A stretch of 32,000 nucleotides of DNA, taken from positions 1 to 32,000 of the forward strand of contig CAZYLT010000012.1 in assembly GCA_964648855.1 (NCBI GenBank), given 5' to 3'. The DNA comes from an uncultured archaeon (GTDB lineage: Archaea > Asgardarchaeota > Thorarchaeia > Thorarchaeales > Thorarchaeaceae). Shown piece by piece: positions 1 to 7,824 of the stretch (position 1 is its first letter; each line of letters begins with the position of its first letter). The notes beneath the pieces were generated by a model. The model had not been told where the DNA came from. It searched no databases and worked only from the letters and a program-made list of their open reading frames with translations. The position numbers and the translations under genes were made by a program.

Positions 1-2
1 AT

Positions 3-899
3 TCACATGGTCAAGAAAATAGCAACTTGATCAATACAACCGATTTATGGTTGGCTAATAACCTGACTGATTTGGGCTACACTGTTGTGTGGGCCAAAGG
101 TGGGATCAACTCAAGCGTGATGGACGGCGCTGTTGGATTTGTTGCAGGCTCCATTTATGGAACTAGCAACGGATACACGACTAGCGAAATCTCTGCACTT
201 GAAGATTGGTATGCAGATGGAAGGAAGTTCGCATGGATTGGCTACGATTCGGACTATGGTGGCAATCAGTACATCAATGATAACATGACTGCCCTTCTCG
301 AGGCGATGGGATCACATGTATATGGCGAACCACTCTCAGTTGAAGACCCCGAGTCTAATGCTGGAGCTGGATATCGTCCAGTTGCTTCCGTGACTAGCGA
401 CGATGCCTTTGTCGCTCCAATAGTAGAAGGTATTGAGAAAGTTCTCATGCACGGTCCAACCTGTCTCTACGGCAGTGATTCTGATACTCCTGGAGAAGGC
501 GTTGATACTGTTGCACTTGAAACTGAATCTATCGAGAATGTCTATCCATTCCTCTACTATTCACCCGATGCAACCATCGTGAACGGAGACCTCATTGATG
601 GCTACGAACATGAGGAAGGTGACACAGGTTCATTTGTCGCAGCAACCATCGAGATTAACGCTGGTGAAACTGGTGACAACGTGATCATTGTGTCTGGAGC
701 ATCACCATATGGTGACTACCGCCCAATGTTCGAATCCGAGTACTATGATGTTGAGCTGTCAGAGATGATAGTCCCACAGGCTATCGACTTTGGCATGAAT
801 CAAGCACAGGCCCAAGATATGACTCTTATACTTGTTATCGGAGCCATTGGTGCTGTTGTGGTTGTAATCATCATCATAGCCGTCATGAGAAGGAAATAA
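3..899 (+). CDS. Membrane-anchored surface protein with DUF4350/GldG(GIFT)-like domain, 5'-truncated by window edge
   Basis: Frame is open from position 3 (SHGQENSNLINTT...). 'SHG' motif, 'YTTSEISALEDWY' and 'LLEAMGS' resemble DUF4350/ABC-aux domains. Acidic composition. C-terminal TM helix (LILVIGAIGAVVVVIIIIAVM) followed by RRK. Confidence 0.65.
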   Translation, partial: SHGQENSNLINTTDLWLANNLTDLGYTVVWAKGGINSSVMDGAVGFVAGSIYGTSNGYTTSEISALEDWYADGRKFAWIGYDSDYGGNQYINDNMTALLEAMGSHVYGEPLSVEDPESNAGAGYRPVASVTSDDAFVAPIVEGIEKVLMHGPTCLYGSDSDTPGEGVDTVALETESIENVYPFLYYSPDATIVNGDLIDGYEHEEGDTGSFVAATIEINAGETGDNVIIVSGASPYGDYRPMFESEYYDVELSEMIVPQAIDFGMNQAQAQDMTLILVIGAIGAVVVVIIIIAVMRRK

Positions 900-908
900 T
901 TCAAATCC

Positions 909-951
909 GAAGTAGTTGGGTTTCAGCCCGCTACTTCACTCTAATTTTTTT
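909..951 (+). terminator. Hairpin plus T-tract terminator
   Basis: GAAGTAG-TTGGG/CCCG-CTACTTC inverted repeat at 909-937, then TTTTTTT at 945-951, just after the stop at 899. Confidence 0.55.
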
Positions 952-991
952 CCGTACAGTTTATTTGTGGCATTACTATCTTTGTTCCAAT

Positions 992-2893
992 ATGAAAAGA
1001 TACAAAGTCCTTCTCTGTGTTTTGTTGCTATCATTTGTGCCAATAACGATAACGTTGCCAAGTGCTCAGCCAGCGAGTGCGTGGGGATTGACCACCCACA
1101 TGTATATTGTTGACACGGCAGTCAATACCATAACGAACTCCAGCTGGTTGGAAGCGTTTCAGTACTATTTGCCTGAACTGATAACAGGGTCAACCACGCC
1201 AGACCAAGTATGGCAAGACTGGGAAAATCATCTGTATTACCCAGAAACTGGAGAATACAATGCTCCGTGGGCAGCAGCACAGTGGTTTGAATTTGCTAGA
1301 AACAATTTCACTGCAGGAAATTGGGAAGAGGGGTTCTTCGCTGCAGGTGTGCTAACTCACTACTTCTCAGATCCATGTATCCCCGTGCATACCGACTCGT
1401 ACTGGCCGGGACACCCAGGATATGAAAAGGACATCAATGAGAATCTTGGGTCACTTGAGATTGATGACCCGACAGAAACAATTGTTGAGAATGTGACGGG
1501 TCTTGTTATTCAGAATGCTGAGTATTCGCATCAATTCTATGATACTATAGTTGATCACTATGATGATGAAGACTCACGAGCTTTAGACGATCCCGAGATA
1601 AAGGAATTAACAGAGAATTGCCTCTACAAAGCAGTAGATGGGGTTCTGTCCCTTTTCTATACCCTAACAGATTCCATTTCGGCTCCAGATATCACCATAA
1701 CCTATGACTACGTAGCATTGATTGACCATGCTCATACAAATGACTACATCGACTATCAAGACGAGGATCAGCTTTCATCTATTGAACAGACACTCGAACG
1801 CAATCACTATGAACTGAGAAAACAAACAACAGCAGTTACCACCGAGGACCTCTCCGACGTGGACTTGTTCATTGCCACGTGCGCACTTGATGAATATACT
1901 TCATCAGAATTGACAGCCATTTCAAATTGGGCATCGACAGGAAATAAGTCAATGATTCTCACTGGCAGAGGGGATTTCTCAGAATACGTTGACAATGCTA
2001 AACCAAACCAAATATTGGAGGCAATAGGGTCGGACATACGGATAAATGACGACAATGTCTACATGCTCGGGACCTATCAACTCTGGTATAACGACATTTA
2101 CGATATACCAGAACCTCAGAATACAAATGATTTGACATATGGTGTGTCAGCGTTAACATTGTTCTCACCAACATCCCTCTACTTCATTGACGAGAATCCC
2201 ATCTTACCAATTATCTATGGAGAAGAGAGTGCGTATCAGACAGACCAGAATGCTCCAGCTCCAGAAGTCATCTATGATGATACAGATGATGGATTATATG
2301 GCGAACAAATCCCCTTGGTCGCAGTCGAGGAAATTGGCGATTTACGGCTACTTGTTGCAGGTACCACTTTCTTCAGCAACTATGACTATGGAAAGACTGC
2401 CATCTTTAGTAATATTCAACTCTTAGAGAACTTCATTGACTGGTCAATAACAAATAGGTCTACGGAGAATATCAGCAACGAAGATGAGGTCGGACCACGA
2501 ATTAAGGACATTAGTTGGACACCTGAAAATCCAGATGGAGGAAACACCGTCACCATACACGCAGAGATTACAGACCCATACGGAGTAAACTCCGTCAAGC
2601 TCAATTATACAACGGACTCGACTAGTGTAGAGCTGGACATGTCTGCCACAGGCGATGAGTATTCAGTGGAGATTCCAGATGTAACTAGCGGAAATCTTAC
2701 GTTTAGCATTATTGCAACGGACGCCAATGCCAATACTGCAATCAGGGCATATTTTGATATTTCATGGGGAGCTGGTACAGGCACGACCGATACTGTTCCA
2801 CCACCCAATCAGACAATGTTGATTTTCATTGGAGTTGGCATTGCCGTTGTGGCAGTTGTCATTGTTGTAGTAATTCTGCTTAAGAGAAGATAG
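992..2893 (+). CDS. Secreted, C-terminally anchored Zn-dependent phospholipase C / S1-P1 nuclease family protein with DUF4350-like and Ig-like domains
   Basis: Signal peptide MKRYKVLLCVLLL...ASA|WGLTTH, where mature N-terminal Trp and His are Zn ligands of the PLC/P1 fold. Also PD, 'NH', 'HYFSDPCIPVH' and 'HPGYE' motifs. Middle domain 'LIDHAH...YTSSELTAISNW'. Beta-rich C-terminal domain, TM helix and KRR. ATG at 992 preferred over TTG at 965. Confidence 0.8.
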   Translation: MKRYKVLLCVLLLSFVPITITLPSAQPASAWGLTTHMYIVDTAVNTITNSSWLEAFQYYLPELITGSTTPDQVWQDWENHLYYPETGEYNAPWAAAQWFEFARNNFTAGNWEEGFFAAGVLTHYFSDPCIPVHTDSYWPGHPGYEKDINENLGSLEIDDPTETIVENVTGLVIQNAEYSHQFYDTIVDHYDDEDSRALDDPEIKELTENCLYKAVDGVLSLFYTLTDSISAPDITITYDYVALIDHAHTNDYIDYQDEDQLSSIEQTLERNHYELRKQTTAVTTEDLSDVDLFIATCALDEYTSSELTAISNWASTGNKSMILTGRGDFSEYVDNAKPNQILEAIGSDIRINDDNVYMLGTYQLWYNDIYDIPEPQNTNDLTYGVSALTLFSPTSLYFIDENPILPIIYGEESAYQTDQNAPAPEVIYDDTDDGLYGEQIPLVAVEEIGDLRLLVAGTTFFSNYDYGKTAIFSNIQLLENFIDWSITNRSTENISNEDEVGPRIKDISWTPENPDGGNTVTIHAEITDPYGVNSVKLNYTTDSTSVELDMSATGDEYSVEIPDVTSGNLTFSIIATDANANTAIRAYFDISWGAGTGTTDTVPPPNQTMLIFIGVGIAVVAVVIVVVILLKRR

Positions 2894-2900
2894 TTTGCCA

Positions 2901-2931
2901 GGCGGCTTTCTGCCGCTCCCTTTTCTTCTTT
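2901..2931 (+). terminator. Hairpin plus pyrimidine tract
   Basis: GGCGGC-TTTCT-GCCGCT followed by CCCTTTTCTTCTTT after the stop at 2893. Confidence 0.5.
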
Positions 2932-3067
2932 CCATAGAAAGACTCTGTGGATTTATTACGGAATGGGTCTAGTCCGCCAATGTTCTTATTATCAAATTCC
3001 TAATTAGATACCTGATAATTAGAACTGGTTTATTGAAGAGGGAAACCTCTAACTGGAGAAATTGGAA

Positions 3068-3664
3068 ATGCTGGAGAGAGATATCCTATTTGCCTTTGGT
3101 TCGGCACTGATAGAATTTGAGGCAACCCTCTTTCACAAGTATCTAGTACTCTCTGCTAGTGGTTCATTGATAACAAGAGAAATATTCCAAGAACATTTGC
3201 GAAGCATGGAGAAGAAGGGGTACGTTTCCAAAGCATACCTCCATGGAAAGGTCTGCTGGAAGAGAGAGATTAGTGTGAATGACTTAGCACAGGAGTTGTC
3301 TGAGGGCGATATCGATAAGGACAGACCCATTCTCGAATTTGTTAGGTCGAAGTATCGACATGGTACAAAAGTAGAAGATGGAATGGTGAGCGGATCGAGC
3401 AAGGTAGCCGAAGAAATTGTAAGAGTCATGGACAATCTGCTGCTTACTGAATATGCGGGTCAGGCAAAGGCTAACGCAAAAATAATCCATCATGCTAGAG
3501 AGATGCGGAAAGCATTGTCGAGATCTAGTCCAAACTTCATCGAGTATCTGGAAAGAAACGTACCGGAGCTATTGCAGCCCATGAAACAACTACTGGATAC
3601 AGAAGGAGAAGATCTTCTTCTACTCAGCCTTCATCTTATCGAGAGTAGGTATCCAGCAAGTTGA
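3068..3664 (+). CDS. Hypothetical protein, possible N-terminal winged-helix
   Basis: About 198-aa ORF with GGAG upstream. 'REIFQEHLRSMEKKGYVSKAYLHGKVCW' resembles a wHTH recognition helix plus wing. Confidence 0.6.
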   Translation: MLERDILFAFGSALIEFEATLFHKYLVLSASGSLITREIFQEHLRSMEKKGYVSKAYLHGKVCWKREISVNDLAQELSEGDIDKDRPILEFVRSKYRHGTKVEDGMVSGSSKVAEEIVRVMDNLLLTEYAGQAKANAKIIHHAREMRKALSRSSPNFIEYLERNVPELLQPMKQLLDTEGEDLLLLSLHLIESRYPAS

Positions 3665-3692
3665 TGGAGAACCACGTTGTGTTGCTCGATAT

Positions 3693-4772
3693 CTAGTATT
3701 TTCTCTCTACGAGAAACTGCGAAAGATTGAGAAGGAAATTCTTATACCTTTCAATCAGAGGCGGAATTGTTGCCTCCAATGCATCCTGTCCCTTTCCTAG
3801 CAGATCCATCATCAGATCCTCGGTTTCTCTTAAGGCGCCAGTATCACGAAACAGCTGCCGAACCTGTTCCACTTCGTCGTCATTCATGCCTTCTTTGCCT
3901 AAAAGATTTTCAAGCAAGTTCCTCTGCTCTTCATTCGCGTTCCTGTAAGCCAGAATCACCAGCATTGTCTTCTTACCTTCACGAATATCGCCATCTGCTG
4001 GTTTACCAGTTATTTCTTCGTCACCAAATGTTCCTAGGATATCATCTTGCATCTGAAAAGCCTGGCCAACTTTGATTCCATACTCTTGCAATGCATTCAG
4101 TTGTGATTCGGTGGCATTTGCCAAGGTGGCACCCATTAGTAGAGACTTCTCAAACAAAACGGCTGTTTTCATTGCAACCATTTCCAGATAAGTGCCCGGA
4201 GATGTATCCTTTTGGTTCATCATGGTCATCTCCAGCATGACACCATCAGCCAAGTATTGAAATGCCGTCTGGTATAGCCTCTGGCACTTAACTTCAATTT
4301 CAGGATCGAGTTGCGATTCGCTTATTGCTTCAGCCCCCATATTGAGGAGGGAATCACCACCAAGAATAGCCATAGTCATCCCGAAATCTTGAGCCTTTTC
4401 CATGTTCTTAGAACGGTTCTTGTACCAATCGCGATATGTGGCATGGAATGTTTTGCCCCCCCGTCTGGTTTCGTCATGGTCGATTAAATCATCATGCAGG
4501 AGTGATCCATTATGCAAAATCTCCACAGAACATGCTGCCCGATACAGATGGTCAATGTCCACTACTTCTCGAATGGCTTTGTACCCTATTGCAACAAGAA
4601 TGGGACGAAGCCGTTTTCCCCCGCGCATGATATACTCCCTGATATTGGCATAGTATTTTGTGTGCCAATCTCCCAATCGACTGACTTGTTCTATTTTTGA
4701 ATCTAGATACTTTGAGAGAGCATCGTTGACTCTCTGTTGCTCCTCTTTCACAATTGCCTCGTAGTCATTCAT
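3693..4772 (-). CDS. Trans-polyprenyl diphosphate synthase (IdsA/IspA/IspB family)
   Basis: GGKRLRP, first Asp-rich motif LLHDDLIDHDETRRG, KTA, and second motif AFQMQDDILG...GK...D..EGK. Start placed at ATG 4772 (MNDYEAIV). Confidence 0.9.
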   Translation of the reverse strand: MNDYEAIVKEEQQRVNDALSKYLDSKIEQVSRLGDWHTKYYANIREYIMRGGKRLRPILVAIGYKAIREVVDIDHLYRAACSVEILHNGSLLHDDLIDHDETRRGGKTFHATYRDWYKNRSKNMEKAQDFGMTMAILGGDSLLNMGAEAISESQLDPEIEVKCQRLYQTAFQYLADGVMLEMTMMNQKDTSPGTYLEMVAMKTAVLFEKSLLMGATLANATESQLNALQEYGIKVGQAFQMQDDILGTFGDEEITGKPADGDIREGKKTMLVILAYRNANEEQRNLLENLLGKEGMNDDEVEQVRQLFRDTGALRETEDLMMDLLGKGQDALEATIPPLIERYKNFLLNLSQFLVERKY

Positions 4773-4929
4773 CAGGCATCTTCCGAAGCTGGCACTCCCA
4801 AACTCCTTTTTAGAGTTTCTGAATCTGTCGAATATCATTTCATGAATTAACGACTATTGGAAGGAACTATCAAAATGAGTCAAATCTTTTCATCCGGGTA
4901 ATATTGCGAGTCTGAACCGCAGATAGGCA

Positions 4930-5844
4930 TCAGATATAGACTACGCCCTTCATCACCGTTACTGCAGTACCGCTTACTTTGACTTGTTCAATGCCCTCTC
5001 TATCTCCTACTACTTCCACTATCACCTTGCTTGGACGACCCAGGTGGTATCCCTGCTCCAGGACAATAGTTGTGACACGATTTGTAGAGTCAATAATACC
5101 ATGCCGAATGAGATAACTTCCCAAACATCCCGAGGCAACGCCAGATGCCGGCTCTTCGGCAACACCAAGCGCAGGAGCAAAGTGTTTGAGATGTGCATCA
5201 GAAGTCACTTCATGCACATCTTTCGTGAATGCAATGATTGAGTCATAGTCGCCATCAGCAGATAGACGCTCAATCAACTCCAGATTTGGCTTGATTCGCT
5301 CCAAGGCATCCAGACCCATCAACGGAATAACCAGATGAGGAGTACCAGTACTGACTGTCTGTATAGGATACAGAGACATTATGTCGACAAGGTTCAGTCC
5401 AAGCGCCTCTGCATATACTCTAGTATCATAGGTGTTCATGAACTCGGGCCGTTGATGCGTTATTTGGACTTCATGAGTGCGGGTAGTTTCATTCTTGACA
5501 ATCTCAACCTGTAAAACCCCAGATTTGGTTTCCAATGAGAACATTGTCACATCGGACACCAATTCTGCCTTTCCCTCTTCAACTAGCGCATGAAAGGCTG
5601 CAATTGCAGAATGTCCTGAGAAATCAATTTCACCCTTTGGAGTGAGAAATCGAAGACTGAAGTCAGCGACTGATGATTCGCAAACAAACACAGTTTCCCG
5701 TGATTTCATCTCTTCTGCAATCATGTACATTTGATCGTCATCAAGAGAATCTGCCTGCAATATGACAATAGCGGGATTTCCCCCGAAATGTGTTTCTGTG
5801 AAAGCATCCACTTGAAGGAAATTCAGTTCGTTTCTACGTGACAT
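4930..5844 (-). CDS. PhzF family isomerase/epimerase
   Basis: QVDAFT..FGGNPA, RETVF, RFLTPKGEIDFSGH, VSTGTPHL, EEPASGVA, EQG..LGRPS, V.G.AV. Start placed at ATG 5844. Confidence 0.9.
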   Translation of the reverse strand: MSRRNELNFLQVDAFTETHFGGNPAIVILQADSLDDDQMYMIAEEMKSRETVFVCESSVADFSLRFLTPKGEIDFSGHSAIAAFHALVEEGKAELVSDVTMFSLETKSGVLQVEIVKNETTRTHEVQITHQRPEFMNTYDTRVYAEALGLNLVDIMSLYPIQTVSTGTPHLVIPLMGLDALERIKPNLELIERLSADGDYDSIIAFTKDVHEVTSDAHLKHFAPALGVAEEPASGVASGCLGSYLIRHGIIDSTNRVTTIVLEQGYHLGRPSKVIVEVVGDREGIEQVKVSGTAVTVMKGVVYI

Positions 5845-6179
5845 TATATTGCAACTCGCGAAAAATAAGATAGCACTGCTAATTAAGAATTGCATGGGTG
5901 ACATCCTAGGCCCTAGTTGTGCATAATTATGGGCAGGAGATTCAGTCCTGTCATCTCTTCGGAAAGATCAAAACCCACAATGTTGACCAATATCTCTCCC
6001 TAAGTTGAATACCCTCACCTGAGAAATGATTTTCTCTCGTAGCAAAGAATCAGGAAATCATTGACATGAACAAGCAATCGGCATTGCAATCATAATCTCA
6101 TGGAGAGATGATAATCAGTGGGCAATTTGTCTGTTCTCCTCAGGAAGATTTAATTCCCGCTTCCAATAGATGAGCCTCA

Positions 6180-6521
6180 GTGAGTACCATGCAGATAGGC
6201 CTTCTAGACCCGGAAGATTTGTTTCTGATAAGCATGGAATCTCTGATAATCTTAGGTTTATTTATAGCCACAGTGCTCTCATATAAAATCAGAAAGAAGC
6301 ATCCAAGAATTACGTCAGAAGGATGGACTTCTATTGTAGCCGGCATTGCAGTCTTGATGTTTCACGCAATACTCGATGCCTTAGATACGCTTCAATTCGA
6401 TGATTTTCTGATTGACATCCTAAATCTTTTTGATGGGTTAACATTCGTGATTGGACTACTACTATTCTCCTATGGTATATATCGAATTGCTGAGAATGGT
6501 GCAAAACAGTGGGGGTTATGA
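6180..6521 (+). CDS. Small 3-TM membrane protein
   Basis: Three hydrophobic stretches, with 'LDALD' after TM2. Start could be GTG 6180 or ATG 6189. Confidence 0.7.
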   Translation: MSTMQIGLLDPEDLFLISMESLIILGLFIATVLSYKIRKKHPRITSEGWTSIVAGIAVLMFHAILDALDTLQFDDFLIDILNLFDGLTFVIGLLLFSYGIYRIAENGAKQWGL

Positions 6522-6524
6522 TTC

Positions 6525-6896
6525 ATGCAAGGAGTCATATGGGAATATCGCCCTCCTAGCGGCGTTCTGGAACTCGTAAAGGCATTCTTGGACCTCCTTA
6601 CAGTGGTTGGATTCGTGCTGCTACTTGTGGTTGTAATCTACACAGCAAGAAGGTATCCGATGATTGAGAGAAAGAGAACCTTCTATCCATTGCTCATATC
6701 TGCAGTTTTTGGAATTATCAGTTGTGCAATGGATGCATTTGATGAGTGGTTTTGGTTTACTCCAGGAGAATTCTATGACTACATCTGGAAGCCAATCAGA
6801 CTATGGTTGTTTCTCATTGGCATATTCCTTCTTATTGTTGCCTTCAGTCAATTCTATGACTTCTCAAGTCGTCTTTTTGGAGAAGAAAGCACATGA
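6525..6896 (+). CDS. Small 3-TM membrane protein, paralogue of the upstream gene
   Basis: Three hydrophobic stretches, with 'MDAFD' after TM2. ATGA overlap with the next gene. Confidence 0.7.
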   Translation: MQGVIWEYRPPSGVLELVKAFLDLLTVVGFVLLLVVVIYTARRYPMIERKRTFYPLLISAVFGIISCAMDAFDEWFWFTPGEFYDYIWKPIRLWLFLIGIFLLIVAFSQFYDFSSRLFGEEST

Positions 6897-7795
6897 ATGG
6901 TGTTGTGAAGACAGTATATGTCGTCCATTTGGCTGGCATTCCACTTGTAAGCGTAAATTTGGACGGATCTGCTAGGGACAATCGACAGGCATTTGAGGAA
7001 CTGTTCGGAGGCTTCACAAGCGCGATTAATAATCTCATAAAGGAATTGGGTCACGATGAGCTGAAGGCAATTGAATCAGGTGATGGGCTCTTAGTTTACA
7101 GCTCGAGAGATCCCATTCTCTTTGTTGTCCACGCGGAAAAACAGGAATATGAGCAGTTCGCCAAGATATTAGTAAAACAAATTGAAAATCAGTTCTTCCA
7201 GGAGTTTGAAGGACATCTTCAGGAAGAAGAGGCTTATGTGCGAGGGGAGAGATACCAACGATTCAAATCGAATATTCGCGATTTATACAACCACCTTATT
7301 AGAATAAGAAACGATCATCCTGAGCTCATCCAGTTTCTACCTTCTTTCATTCCACTTTCTCAGCTCTATATGGTTTTAAATTTGGGACTTGATATAATCA
7401 AGAAATTTCCAGATGACACGATAAAGCTGGTTAGGGAACTGAATAACTACTTCGGAAACAAGCCAGAACTTGAAGACCTAGTGGCCAGAACCATAGGGAG
7501 GTATGCTGGGTACCGTATTGCAAAGAAGGAATGTAAAGATAAGCTCGTGATACAACAAAGTGAGCTCCTGAATTTATTGAATGAAATCTCAGTGACAAAA
7601 TTTGACAGTGATGAAGAAGTCTACGATATCGTATTGTGCCCGGTTTGCCGCGGTAAGAGCGCTGATAGACCCATTTGTCACTTTTTTAGCGGGTTTATTG
7701 AGGGGGTATTAGGAAATCCTAGTATCTCTGTCGAAGAAATTTCATGTAGAGCTATGGGAGATACGAGCTGTAAATTTGCATTACATCGGCATTGA
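6893..7795 (+). CDS. Longin-like domain fused to V4R (Bet3/TRAPP-like fold) domain
   Basis: N-terminus 'VYVVHLAGIPLVS...LFGGFTSAINNLIKEL...LKAIESGDGLLVY...ILFVVHAE...LVKQIENQFFQEF' matches the Asgard longin/roadblock pattern. C-terminus 'IGRYAGYRIA...CPVC...PICHFFSGFIEGVL...VEEISCRAMGDTSCKF' is the V4R signature. Confidence 0.75.
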   Translation: MNGVVKTVYVVHLAGIPLVSVNLDGSARDNRQAFEELFGGFTSAINNLIKELGHDELKAIESGDGLLVYSSRDPILFVVHAEKQEYEQFAKILVKQIENQFFQEFEGHLQEEEAYVRGERYQRFKSNIRDLYNHLIRIRNDHPELIQFLPSFIPLSQLYMVLNLGLDIIKKFPDDTIKLVRELNNYFGNKPELEDLVARTIGRYAGYRIAKKECKDKLVIQQSELLNLLNEISVTKFDSDEEVYDIVLCPVCRGKSADRPICHFFSGFIEGVLGNPSISVEEISCRAMGDTSCKFALHRH

Positions 7796-7824
7796 TTGCC
7801 GAAAAGAGAATTCATCTCTATCTG

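Noticed and set aside
6074-6090. Overlapping palindromes GCAAT-CGGC-ATTGC and ATTGCAAT
   Set aside because: Short enough to arise by chance, and no second copy was noticed.
6519-6521. In-frame TGA as a selenocysteine codon
   Set aside because: No redox-motif context and no recognisable SECIS. A GGGGGT SD precedes the downstream ATG, so reinitiation is simpler.
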